Of a stretch of 64,000 nucleotides of DNA, positions 1-12,482 are shown piece by piece. The notes beneath the pieces are model-generated. The model saw only the letters and a list, made by a program, of their open reading frames with translations. It did not search any database and had not been told where the DNA came from. Both the position numbers and the translations under genes were made by a program. Numbering within the stretch: the stretch's first letter is position 1; each line of letters starts with the position of its first letter. Origin of the DNA: Dipteris shenzhenensis (Eukaryota); the NCBI GenBank assembly GCA_047967505.1, contig CM106538.1. One strand, written 5' to 3'.

Positions 1-2335
1 GTAGAATAGAGGAGAGACCGAAATGCAAGTACCTCCCCTTATGCCCATAGCAGGCGACCAGAAGGTATGTCCTAAAAGAAGTTTGCCAGACTTAGAGCAA
101 TCATTGGCATCCAACTTGTGTTCCTAGATAAAAAGGATATCAATAGCACCTCCAGTGACACTTGGATGAACTTGATTCTGGATCAGCTGCCTACAGCGAT
201 GATGTGGAACTCCGCCTAGGCCCTGTATGTTCCAGCTAACTATCCTCATCGACAAGAGGATGCTGGGTGGAAAGGCTTACCCGACCTAGTAGAGGAGACC
301 AGCTTCCCTAGGCCGAAACACTCCTGCTGAGGGCAAGAAACTCAACAGGCGAAACGATCTCCACACCTGCTGAGGGGAAGGCCCTATCAAAAGGAATCCC
401 AATGACCGGGACCCCTAAGGTGCAGGGCACAAACTCCTCCTCGTCCATGAAAGTCGCCGAGTCTGCCAATGCCGAAAAAGAGTTCCTGAGAAGCAGGTCT
501 GGCCGAGGAGTGCGAAGAAGACCTGAACTCGTGGAAGATGGAGGAGAAGGACCTGCTAGGCCTCTATCAGCAGAACTGGAGCTGGGGGCTGAGGAGGCCT
601 GTGGCTGGGCTGAAGAGGAATCTTGAGTCCTCATCTGTGCATGCAATCCCTCAGTGGTCCTGACTGTGGCAGGAACAGTCTGTGGGGAAGAAGTATCGGT
701 AGCCCCCTCATGATCAGAAACCAAAGTGACTGGGGCTCGTACTAGTGCATCTAAAGACCCCTCCTGATGTGGAACTGTGGGGCTGCAGCAACATCTACCT
801 CTGGAGTCTGGATGGCGTCTGTCTGAATCGGATCAAAGGTCTCCTCCTGAGGTAAGAGCGCCGCTCTGATCGCTCTCCATCGAGGTAATGGATGTGCTGC
901 GGTCTTTAAGCACCCTGGTGGCCCTGCGGTGCACGAAGCAGGGCACCCTGCTGCTCCTGGTGGTCCTGGAGTGCGTGGTACAGGGCGTTGGGAAGGTGCA
1001 GTCGAGGTAGTACGTGAAGGAGCCGCACCAGAAGACCTCTTGGGTCTTTTTCTCTTCCTTGGGCAATCTCTAGCAAAGTGCCCAAGGGTCCTGCAAATCC
1101 TGCACTGGTCCTGTCTACCTGCAATCTCGACTCTTTGTCGAAAAAGAGAGCCATCTGGGCGCTGAAGCATGATGTGGTCATCTAAGATGTTAGGGTCAGA
1201 GACAATGCCCCTAACTTGAGGCACCCTGTCCGCTCTGACTACCTCTGCCGAGGAAGAAGGCATGCCAGGAAGGGGAGGGATCTCAGTGTCCACTCTGAAT
1301 GTGGCTCTGATAGTAGCAAAAAGTCGATGGTAGACTTGAGGAAGTCCAAGAAATCTAATGAACAGTGATGTGACCTAACTGTCCTCCTCGACCGGATCCA
1401 AGCCCAAGGTGTAGGGCAAAAGAAAAATCCTCCTTGAACCCAAAGCCTGAGGATTAGCTTTGAGAACAAGGGCCGTGGACGTGTGGGAGTCGAAAACCAC
1501 TTGGAAGAATCCACGTCCCAAAAGTCGAATATCCTTAAAGTGTGGGGCGAGATCTCCTGGTAATGTCGGTAGCATCTAGTCTGTGACCTGTGATCTGGAA
1601 GGGTGTGACCCAAAGATGCGGGCGAAAAGTGATGTGGAGCCTTCTAGTTCCACATCTTTCTTGAGCTTCTGCAACTCGTCTTTTGAGAAAATGACGGTTC
1701 TCGCGGCCAGTGGAGGTGGACGAAGATTGGCTGAGTGGGGATCCATTCGCCAATCGAAGTGAAAGGGTCGATTCACACACTAAAAAAGCTCTGTCCGTGA
1801 AACTGCTGCCCAGGACGCCCTAGAACACGGACGCAGGAAGAAGGAGAACAACAGAGGGAAGGAGAGAGAGGAAGAGGAGGAAAGGAGTCGGGGGGGGGGG
1901 GGGGGAGAAGGAGGAAGGCTGCGGGGGGAGGCGGAGGGGGCGGGGAGGCAGAGGGAGGGCAGGGGAGAGGAAAGGAAAGGAGGGGGCGGGTCAGGAAGGG
2001 AGGGAGGGGGCTGGCGGGGAGGGGGAGGGAGGGCGGGGGAGAGGAAGGGAGGGGGCTGGTTAGGAAGGGTGGGGTGAAGGAGGAGGCGGGGGGGAAGGAG
2101 GGGGGTGGGGAGGGCAGGGACAGCAGGTGGGGGGGGGAGAGGGGAGCGAGTGAGGGGAAAGGAGGGGGCGGGAGAGGGGGAGGGAGGGGGCGGGGGGGAG
2201 GAGAGGGGCGGGGAGGGCAGGGACAGCAGGGGGGGGGGGGGAGAGGGGAGCAGGCGGGGGTAAAGGAGGGGGCGGGGGAGAGGGAGGGAGGGGGGCAGGG
2301 GTGGAGGAGGGGCCAAGGAAGGCAGGGGCAGCAGG

Positions 2336-2371
<36 letters not shown>

Positions 2372-2530
2372 CGAGGGGAGGGGCAAGGGAGGGGAGAGGG
2401 CAGCGAGGGGAGGGAGGAAGAGGGCAGCGAGGGGGGGAGGGAGAGGAGGAGGAGGGTGAGAAAGGGGCTGACGAAGGGGGCAGAGGGACTTCATGGGGAG
2501 GAGCAGCAGCTCCGGTCTTAGCAGCCAAGC
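1..2530 (-). mobile_element. L1-clade LINE, 5' part (C-rich leader, degenerate ORF1, start of ORF2 endonuclease); runs off the window start
   Basis: ORF1 fragments carry a DUF4283-like segment (LLGRGFFQVVF) and a CCHC knuckle (CRICRTLGHFARDCP). ORF2 starts at 249 on the minus strand as MRIVSWNIQGLGG...DILFI*EHK, with a CAG>TAG stop in the QE motif. The 5' boundary is approximate. Confidence 0.85.
1850..2500. repeat. G-rich polypurine low-complexity tract (C-rich on the LINE sense strand)
   Basis: Long G runs (about 30 G near 2336-2368) and GGGAG/GGGGC units. The overlapping Pro/Gly-rich ORFs are compositional artefacts. Confidence 0.85.
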
Positions 2531-2647
2531 TCAATCTTTCTTTGGCTCATCGTTCTCTCACCTTGCCTTCATGGGGGGGTGTTGGAATATACTTCTGCGT
2601 GATTGAAATCCACACATCTGTGAATATTTGGATATGGTTGCGTGCAG

Positions 2648-2825
2648 GTATGGCTCATGGGGAGTCTGCTTTACATATGCTACATGGTTCGGAGTTCTTG
2701 GATTGATTGCTGCTGGCCAATCATACGAGAACTCGAAAGCAATTCAAAAGGCCTGTGACTTTCTATTGTCTAAGCAGCTTCCATCTGGCGGATGGGGGGA
2801 AAGTTATCTTTCATGCCAAAATAAG
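2648..2825 (+). CDS. CAS1: Oxidosqualene cyclase (cycloartenol synthase-like) exon [15 protein letters not shown]...[13 protein letters not shown]
   Basis: CAG acceptor at 2645-2647 and GT donor at 2826. The peptide matches the plant OSC C-terminal QW-repeat region. Confidence 0.93.
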
Positions 2826-3004
2826 GTAGTCCAATTTCTCAATGCTAGTTTATATGAGGTTTTCCTCTGCATCACATTACATGTTTAGCTTAGACGCAGT
2901 ACCCTTTTTGAATAAGCTAACAACTCGAAAGTTATTGTTTTTCAAAATAGAGTTTTCAGTCATTGTAAATGGTGTTAGGTGATATGAGTTTTTTCTGTAA
3001 CCAG

Positions 3005-3085
3005 GTGTACACGAACCTACCAAATGACCGGCCACATATTGTCAATACGTCTTGGGCTTTGCTCACTCTCATTAGTTCAGGACAG
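3005..3085 (+). CDS. CAS1: OSC/CAS exon [27 protein letters not shown] (81 bp)
   Basis: CAG acceptor and GTAAG donor. It follows the previous exon in canonical plant OSC order. Confidence 0.92.
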
Positions 3086-4229
3086 GTAAGGGATATCTTT
3101 GGGAACGAAAGAAAAAATGTTGAATCGGAATGCATAGGTGTGCTTGTATCCTTTTTGTGTGCCCCTTTTCGCTTAAGAGGCTGAGGCTGATTGGTTGCCC
3201 AACTACTGTCTCAGCAAATTTACATGTACTCTCTGCTTACACATATTTTCTGCACTGAATGGGCTTTTGCATCTTTGGAAGATACCTTCTTTGATGCAAA
3301 ATACATACAATTAACCACAATTGAAAGATCCAGAATCTGACCTGAGCAAGTCATCAAGTATGTGAGGAAGCTAGCCAACATCATGCTAACCTATTTAATA
3401 GCAAAATGAGGCCTCCTTTGTCATGCAGGTCTGAAGAGGTGACTGTAAAGGTTGTGATAAAAAATGCTTTTGCAGCTCTTCTTGAGGACTCCACCTTATG
3501 CTCCAATTCATCTGTTAGTCCTAAAATGCTCGGATACAGCTAACATTTCTGTGTGCGTGAAAAGGAAGAAAGATAAAAGCAGCTTGGTTGGATTTCCACC
3601 TCGGGGCTGCAACATCATTTTCCCATGGGAGAGTTTTGTGATTATCTTTGTAAAAGCAACGAGAAAGCAGTTGTCACATAATCTCAAATCCACATGAGGA
3701 AGGTAGCATCCAGGGCAGCCACCTTCAAATAATGTGGTCTATGCTGTTTATATTCACAAATCAAATGCACAAATTGGCAGTCAGAGAAGTAACAATTTCC
3801 CATTGGTCCATTTCCAGCTTTGTTCCTCTGGCAATCATTTGCTTCTGGGGGGAGCCTTTGCTATAAAGAGGAGATCAGTTTCTTGTCATGTTTTCCTTTT
3901 CTACTATATTATTGTTTGTGTGAGCTTTAACAGCTTGCTAGTGAAACTATTCACCTTTCGCTGAAAACAAATTGAAGACTTGTTAGCAAACAGCCTGCTA
4001 TTGAAACTGCTCACTTCTTGTCGATGGCAAGTTAAGACTTTGTGAGTTTTTAAGATTTGCACGTGGATTTCAAGAACTTTTTAAAAAGCCTGCATATAGT
4101 GCTGGCATAGGATGCACAACATTTTCCTAGGAAGAGAGATACTTTGATGAACATGAACATCCTACGGACCAAAAAGGGCATGTATTTCCATGATTCACAG
4201 GCTACAAGATTGGGACTTCTTGGAGGGCA

Positions 4230-5060
4230 GCCTTCATCACTTTGGTTTTTCAGATCCATGAATCAGAGGGGTCTCAGCCCTGTACAGGTAGGTGCTCATA
4301 GGAGGGTTAGGGGAGACATACTTCAGACTTCCAAATCAGTCCGTCAGGGGTGCCCTCTTGCCCCTTTTCTTTTCCTCTTTGTGGCTGAGGCTATGAATAT
4401 TTTTCTTAGGTCTCGTGCTGACATTCTTGGGCTTAGTCTTCAGACTTTCACTGAGATGGGAAGAGGACCTCGTGGATTACGAGTTAGCAAATGACATTGC
4501 TATCTTCGTGGAGGCCTCTCCTCAGACTCACTTCCTTCAGGACAGCTTTGGATTTGTTTTGTACTGCAGTAGGTGCTCACATCAATTGGAACAATGACAA
4601 TGGCTTTTGAATCTGTGACGATGACACTCCAGATTGGGGGGCTGATTTGGATTTCACATGGATTCAGAGGGATGTGTCAGTCAGATACCTAGGATGCTAG
4701 GTCAGTTTGGGTATCTCTTCATCGCATCACTTTGCTCCTGTGTTGGAGAGCATTAGGAGGAAACTCTGTGTTGGAGAGCGTTAGGAGGAAACTCCTTTTC
4801 TGGAGTTCAGCTAGATTGGACCTTGCATCCAGAGTGGTGGTTGTCAGCTCATAAGGCCTATTATGAGTTTTTTATGGAGTGGGCTAGATGGCACTACCGA
4901 CACTACTGCAAGAGTAGCTTGGGATACCTTGATCCTTCCCACACATGAGGGGGGTCTAACATCATAGATCCAGACTTACAATGCAGGGCCTTGCTTTGCA
5001 AGTTTGTGGCTAGAGGACTTATGCCTGGGGATGAGCCTTGGCAAAAATTCTTCATTCATA
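4230..5060 (+). mobile_element. Degenerate L1-clade RT fragment
   Basis: SVRQGCPLAPFLFLFVAEAM motif. Visibly homologous to the minus-strand LINE at 42111-44525. Confidence 0.8.
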
Positions 5061-7342
5061 ATATTGCTCTATGCAGATGATATAGTCCTTATATCCTCCT
5101 CAGTCGTAGGCCTACAGAACACCTCGAGGCCCTAGAGGTCTTTTACAAGGAGAGAGACTTGATAGTCAATCTTGGCAAGACCAAGGTCATCATTTTTAAC
5201 ACTTCATGAGCAGTGCTTCATCGACCCAGTTTTGTTTACCGAGGGGGGCCACTGGAGATCGTGCAGCCCTACACTTATCTAGGAGCAGTCTTCACGGGAT
5301 CAGTTTTCATGATGATTCACGTAGCTAGGGTGCAGCTTACATGAGGTCAGGGAGCCCTCGTCTGGCTAGAGTGACGGTGCTTCCAGCACCCTCCAACAAA
5401 GAGATGGCTATTTGATACAGTAGTGAGGCGAAAGTTAGGTATGCAGCACCATTCTGGGGGAGTGAACTCTCAACGGCTGACTAGAGGATATTTGACAGAC
5501 TACATGTGACCATGAGAACCCAAATGATTCGGAGTAAGCCTTCGGTTCCGCGGTAGTGTTTGCCCCATGACACGCCTCAAATCGATGCTATCTTCTAAAC
5601 GGTGACATTTCTCCATAGGGTCTGAAAACTTAACCAAACCTCAAACCCGACTTTCAAAACAAATCCCGGCTCTTTGGCTAATTCACCCTTCAGAAAGTGA
5701 TGATGGGTAGCTAGAGATCAAATCGCAGCATCAAGAACCCATCTGCAGCACTCTAGAACAAATAGCACTTGAAGGAATTCTTTATCAAGTGGCTGGAAAT
5801 CTCGTACAGCACATGTGCTTCCACTCACATTTCCACGACCCTCGGACCAAGGCCCTCCTATTTGACTCCTTGGTCCGACCAACGGGGATGTCTTGTTGGG
5901 GGCCAAATCTCTCATATACAAAATGGGCTCCTATGGAGCGCCTACAGGTTCTCATGCTCTCACGGATGATTCGCAATAAGCCGTCGGTTCCTCGTCAGAT
6001 CATCCAGGCTGAGTTTGGGACATCTCCATTTCAGTTTGATGCAGCATTCCAGCTCATCACTTATCTATATCGGGTCAGCGGATACACGGACTGCAAATCT
6101 GGACGTCACAGACCACCATGGCTAGCATTGTCCTCCTCTATGTCCCTAGCGGCTGCAGGTGACCAGAGATGCTGGTATGCACACACAAGCATGTGGTTCG
6201 AGCGACTAGGGCTCCACATGGATAGACTTCCTCCCTTCCAATATAGCATTGACGCGCCATTTCTCCACTCACGTACCACGAGGTTAGCCAGGTCATACGT
6301 GAGGATCTTCTCCAGCTACACACATTCCGGACCTACTTGAAACCGAGTGACCTCCTAGTGAAGCTCGGCTTCTACAGAGTTCATTGCCTACACATTTCAA
6401 AGGAGGCCTTTATCAACCCTCCATGATATACCTGGATTCACCTACCCCATTCACTAAGGATCTCTATTGGGCAGTTCTAGGTCTCTTTACATAGACTTTG
6501 CATTGGGAGTGACAAGGCAGAGGGATTTACCCACGGAGAGGCACATATGTACCTTGTGTGACCTACAAGAAATTGAGTCAAAGGAGCATTTCATTTTCAG
6601 ATGCCCAGTGTACTATGAGATTCGAGGCCATTCCTATTGTCTGTTCAGAGATAGCTCTGGGCTGTTATCCAGCTTCCTCACAATTTTAGACCAGATATGC
6701 TTGGCCGCCTTCATTCACAAGGCAGACAGACACCGAGAGCGCCTACTTGGATCACAGAGACAGGAGTGGAGCACTCTGGTAGACTCTCCTCAAAGTATGA
6801 TCACTGAGTTTTTACATCCATACCATAACAACCCTCACCCCACAGGCCTCCGGCACGGTAGTGACCCAAAGCTAGCGACATGACAAATCCGACAAACGAT
6901 GGATGCATAGATTACATTTGGAGACATCCCTTCCTTGTTCAGAGTTGGAGCGCGACCGACAGGGGTTACTGTAGCCCTTGTCAGACGCAAAGCCAACAGC
7001 ACAAGACCGCGTCCACACACAGCCGACAGCATTCTATCTCTGACTTCATGCTACCACTCCCCCATCGTCCTGACGGGGGAGGGGAGGGGTGGCTGTAGCC
7101 ATGATACTGGATCAGTTTTCACTTCGTACTCTAATGGCATATGATTTGACATGATGATAGTGCTGATGTAGATGATCATCCCGATATTGATGTTTATTAT
7201 GAAATCATTGATGTTATTATGACTATAGCATTTAGCATTTAGCATGGGTGTTGATGCTCATTTAGCAGCTCCACCCTTCAGCTTGTTTGTATCAGGTTTC
7301 TCATAGTCTCATAGACCCATCGGTCTTCCAAAGATTTTAATT

Positions 7343-7380
<38 letters not shown>
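5061..7380 (+). mobile_element. RTE-X-like LINE copy A (degenerate RT fragment plus 3' half, (CT)n tail); possibly a composite of two fragments
   Basis: ILLYADD and VNLGKTKV motifs near 5065-5200. C-terminal CTLC..EIESKEHFIFRCPVYYEIR. Conserved 3' hairpin at 7305-7335 followed by (CT)n. Confidence 0.8.
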
Positions 7381-7384
<4 letters not shown>

Positions 7385-7508
7385 CATACACCAGCAGTCT
7401 AGAACTGCAACGGCACCTATCATCACAACCATGATAATCCAACCACGATAATTTTCTCATGTGTACACCAGGATAGATTTCATTTGATACACGAATGTCT
7501 ATGCACGG

Positions 7509-7542
<34 letters not shown>

Positions 7543-7920
7543 CAAAATTTCCATGTTGCTTCGCCTTCGTTTCCCTAACTCTCCTTTTGGGAAACATTTT
7601 TGGCTTTTTGGCAGACTTCCTACAACCTTGGTCCATTACTCTTTATTTTTGTACTGGGTCAGATATTGGGCTTTTTGGACCATATGGCAGGATCACAACA
7701 TGAGATATTTTGGGAATCCGTTCTTGCAATCTTATGAATATTTCAGACTCTCCCTACGGCAATCTATCTATGATGCTTGCCATCAAGGAGATCTTCCTCA
7801 GTCATGCCTGGAAATAGTTTCTCTTTGCTTTTGATTTCCTGTTGAGGCTCTCTGTTTTTTGAGACCCTCATGTAAATCTTGCTGATAATATACCTCTCAT
7901 GGATTTACCCAAAAAAAAAA
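7543..7920 (+). mobile_element. 5'-truncated L1 3' fragment between (GT)n tracts
   Basis: ORF2 C-terminus (FGKHFWLFG...WVRYWAFWTIW), poly(A) at 7911-7920, (GT)n on both sides. Confidence 0.85.
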
Positions 7921-7935
7921 GAAGTGTGTGTGTGT

Positions 7936-10371
7936 ACTGTAGCCTGGCAGCATCAACATCTTCCCTCAACTTGGAAGCATGGTCTGGTTAAGCTTGTGCC
8001 CAAAAAACCTCTATGTGAGACAATGGATGATTGGAGGCCCATCACTTTGATGCCGGTTATATATAAACTTATTGCTAAAATGTTGGTACATCGGATAAAG
8101 GATATCCTTCATGATGGACTTCATCCCAGGCAATATGGTTTTGTTCCAAGAAGGCATATACATGACAATATCTCTAATACTCTCATCGCAATGGAATACG
8201 CAAAATATACAGCTCAAGATGTTTTGGTCATGCAGGTGGATGTGGCAAAGGCATTTGATACGGTACAATGGGATTATGTCTCTCAAATCATGTTTAAACT
8301 TGGTTTTGGGCCAAAGCTAGTTAATGTCATATATTGGCTTTACTCAGATTCCACTGCTCAATGCTTTATAGGGAATCATTTGTCTGAGTCTTGGACTCTA
8401 GAACGATCAGTTCGACAAGGATGCCCTCTCAGTGCTTTGCTCTATGCCATTGCTTCACATCCTTTGCTTCTTTATATGGATCATCTGGTTGATACTGGAC
8501 AGTTAGTGGGGCTTCAGATTTCTGGTTCATGGCCTTTCATTGCACAGGCTTATGCAGATGATTCATTCTTCATGCCAAAGAACAGTCCTTTGGAGCTTCA
8601 CCTATTGATGGATACCCTTTCAGATTTTGGGTTGGCAGCTGGTCTTAAAATTAATTTTCAGAAATCAAAACTCTTGCCTCTCAAGCATTGTGACTGGCAT
8701 GCTATCCTGTGGCCCGGCCAGATTATTTATCCGAAAAACATAGTAAGACATTTGGGCTATCCCATTGGCTGGAAAATCAGAAATAAGCAACAAATATCTT
8801 GGGCGTTAAACAAAATTCAGGACAAATTAGAATATTGGAAGATCTCCACTTCGCCCCTGCATGTACGGCTTCGAATTGTCCAGTCCATTGTTCTAGCTTA
8901 TGTCCAATTCTACCTTCCTCTATTACATTGGTCATCTCGAGATCTCTCTTCTTTTATGTCTCAAGCCATGGAGATTTTCTAGAAAACTAAGCTTCATAAA
9001 AAAGCTTTAAGGTTACTCAAAATGGACCTGCTTTGCTCACCAAGAATGCATGGTGGTTTGAATATAATAAACATCAAATTTCATGTGTTGGCAAGAAAGA
9101 TCACTATGCTCAAGACATTTTTTCAACAAGAGCAGTCTTGGTCTATCATGTTGGCAATTTTGTATTGGTCTATCATGTTGGCAATTTTGTATGGTCATAT
9201 CTGCACAAATGCTTATGGACATTGGCTAGTTGATCCATCGGAAGTAGTCCTTGGCAAATTTCAAGGTAAAATCCCTGGTTGTCCATTTTCTACTTCCTTG
9301 ATTCAGGATTGGAAGCAAGTTCTCTCTCACATCAAATGGTCTCTCCATCCTGTTTCTATAGCTTCCTCACTCAGAATGGAAAGCATTCATTGGAGTGCTG
9401 TGTTTTCCTCTCCCCTTGCTGTACAACAACCAATCAGAGCTTACAATCTTATGAAGTTGGGCATCCGGTTCATTGATGACGTAGTAGATACGCAAGGACA
9501 TATTCTCTCTTTTCCGGTAGCATGCCGACAATACAATCTTGGGATGCATCACAGACCTATTTGGAAAGCTATTGCTGATCTCTTACTCCCTTTGGTTCCG
9601 ATTCCAACATTGAATGTAAAAGACAAGCTTCAAGATTGGCACCTTCAGTCTTCAAGTCCAAGATTATCTTCTCGGCCTTTGCATTTATTGACTTCTATAC
9701 AAGCTTATCGATTGATATTACCTCCTCCTTGGATTGCTCATCATGCTAATTCTCTATGGCATCTGAATAAGTCATTAACCTGGTGGAAAGGAAAATTGCA
9801 ATTGATATGGAAGTTGAAAATGCCATTGAAGCAGAGACTCTTTCTATGGAGATGCATTGTTGGTATTCTTCCAGTGGGAGTGAAATTGGCTCAAAGAAGG
9901 ATTGCCTCACCTCTTTGTCCAAGATGTCATCATACTCCTAAGAGTATTCCGCATTTATTGTGGTTTTGTTCATATTCCAGAGACCTTCTAGACAAGATCT
10001 CCTATTTCTTATCTCTCAGATTTCCTGCACACAGGTTCTACAGGTTTTTCTGGATGTATGGCAAACTATCAGCTTCTTTGTCACAGTATTCTCTTTTCTT
10101 CCAATGGATCAGATACTAGGCCTTATGGACCCTCTGGCTGCAGCGAAATCATGCATATCTGAATTCTCCCCTTCAGCACCCTTATGAGTTCTTCCGAGCC
10201 TCATTGCGGCAGTCTTTATATGATGCCTTACATGAGGACGATTTAGATATTTCTTGTATTCATCTTTTCTTTTACTGCTTCTGATGGATAGGGCATTGGC
10301 TCTTTTCTTGAGCACTGCCCTGATGTAAATGAATGTTTTATAATATTATTTTCTTGGTTTCACCAAAAAAA
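7936..10371 (+). mobile_element. 5'-truncated L1 (RT + zf-RVT) of the (GT)n-associated group
   Basis: WRPITL, DVAKAFD, SVRQGCPLS, YADD and CPRC..HLLWFC motifs. Two TGG>TAG stops (8980, 10117). Poly(A) at 10365-10371 then GTGTGT. Confidence 0.93.
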
Positions 10372-10414
10372 GTGTGTGTGTACTATATTCATTGCTAGGG
10401 GTGTGTGTGTGTGT

Positions 10415-12482
10415 AGAGAGAGGTGATGGATATGGAGAGCTCTCCTGCTCCCTCCTCCCTGCCCGTACCCTTGTCCCCCCCTGTACCTCCTCATCTTTCC
10501 TCTGATCCCTCCTCGTACCTGCCCGTACAGCCTCCTCTTCAATCCGTACACATTCCGCCCGTCCTACAGCCCCCGTTTTCTCCCGTGCAGCCTCTGTCAG
10601 CCTTTGTACCTGTCCCGTCTACATCCGTACCTGTCCTGCCATCTCCTGTACAGCATCCGCTGCTTTCTGTTCCCTTCCCACAGCATCCAGTGCTGCTCCA
10701 GCCCTCCTCTGCTCCCGGCCTTCTCTGTCCGTACCATCTCTGTAGTCGACTCTTCCATTTCAGGTGCCCTATGTGCAGCCCCTGCAATCGGTACATCCTT
10801 TTGTCTCTCCTTCGGCTGTTTGCTCCTCTGCTCAGCCCCTTCCTGCCTCCATTCCCTCTACCCCTATCCCCTCTCCATTCTCTGTGCCTAGTTCCTTTTC
10901 TTCTCCTTCCTTTTCCAGCCCTTCATCTCCTACTTTTCATTATGCTCGGAAGAAGAAAAGGGATTCCCTTTCCCCATTAGTTTTGGAAGGGGTGAAGGCT
11001 GCCAAATTAGATTCTTTCGCCTTCCCCTCTTCTTCACTTCAACATGATTTGCTTCGTCAATTATGTGCTGATTCGGTGACCTCGCCTTCTGCTGCTGGAC
11101 TTTCCTTACGAAGAATTCTTTCCCCTGAACCTTTCCTTCAGAGTATTCGCTAGGAACAGCAACTTGGTGTTTGCCTTTTTTATGGGAAGAGTTATGATGG
11201 TGGCTTCTTTGCAAGCTTGGTCCTCTGCTGCAGTGGGTGTCGAGAAGATTACTTCTTTTGTGTTCATGGGCAAGGGATTCTATTTTGCTCATTGTGCCTC
11301 TGTGGACACTGTCTTCCACTTGCTTACTTTGGGTGGAGTTCATGGAGCAGGTCACTTTGCAGTTGTTATGCCTTGGGATCCTCTTTTTGATCCAGCCCGC
11401 TCCCTCCTCCACCTTTGTCCTGTTTGGGTTACCCTCAAAGACTTGCCGGTACCGCTTCTTCAGCATGTTCCTTCTCTTGCAGCCCTGCTAGGATGTGTTC
11501 TTTTCATTCCAAAGCAGAACTTCTTGGTCACAAGTAGAGATATTCGGCTATGTGTTCTTTGGGATATGGAGCAGCTTATACCTTCATGTCTGGACATGGA
11601 CTTTGGATTGCCTCATCCTCTCTGGATTCCTCTTCGCTTTGCCTCCTTTCCTAAACTTGCTATAAATGTCGCCAGTTAGGCCATTTTGCTAGAGCATGCC
11701 CATCGTCTTCTTCTCTAGCTCCTACTCTGCAGACTTCTACTCCTTCTGTACCGGTTCCTGCGGTTCCTCTTTCTTCTACCAGCACACAAGAAATCCGGCA
11801 TTCTTTCAAGCATTCTAAAGTCTGGAGGAAAGTTCAGGATGCTACGTTGGTTAAGTATTCTAATCCTTTTGCTGTTTTGTCAGTTCCGGTCCACTCCCTA
11901 CAGTGTCAGATTGTCAGGTTTCTTGTGATCCGGTTCTTGTTGCTACTTCGACGCCTGAAGTTGTTCTATTAGATTCATCTTCACTAATGCAAAATGCTGC
12001 TGTTATGCAAGATGTGGAAGAAAATCTACAGTCTCCTTCAGCTCTAGATACTAGTATTCCGGATGCAGATAGAAGCTTGTTGATATGCCTGCCCCTTTAC
12101 AGAGCCTCTCAGTCTTGGATACTGTTGTTCCTTTTTCCCTAGAATCTTTTCATCCTTGGTTGCAGCAGGTTTTTGATCCTGTGGTTCAGAAGTTTCGGCT
12201 TCCAGCTTACATTAAGAAGAATCACAAGGTAAAAAAACAACTTTGTTTTATTGATGGGGATGTCACTCCGTTACCATCACTTTTTACAAGTCAATAATTT
12301 GAAAGTGGATGATGTTCTGTTGGATTCTCCTCCAACTGATATGTAAATTTTTACTTGGTTGCCTCATGAGTTTTTTTCTTTGAGGTGTTACTTGTAAATT
12401 TTATCTTTGTACTTATTGGTGGGTTTTCACCTCTTTTTGAGGTTTCCCACGCAGAAATAAAAGATTTCACTAAAAAAAAAAA
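10415..12482 (+). mobile_element. ORF1-only non-autonomous LINE (HAL1-like), full-length copy
   Basis: A single disrupted ORF at ~10432-12346 with a Pro/Ser-rich N-terminus, DUF4283-like GKGFYF...VMPWDP, CYKCRQLGHFARACP knuckle and a conserved C-terminal block. No EN or RT. Poly(A) tail, (GT)n on both sides. Confidence 0.8.

Noticed and set aside
1773-2706. Proline-rich and glycine-rich ORFs
   Set aside because: Translations of a G/C homopolymer-rich tract.
3420-3740. Possible next CAS exon or other coding remnant after the CAG at 3426-3428
   Set aside because: The translation has stops and no similarity to the expected AERDPTPLH...GDFPQQ exon.
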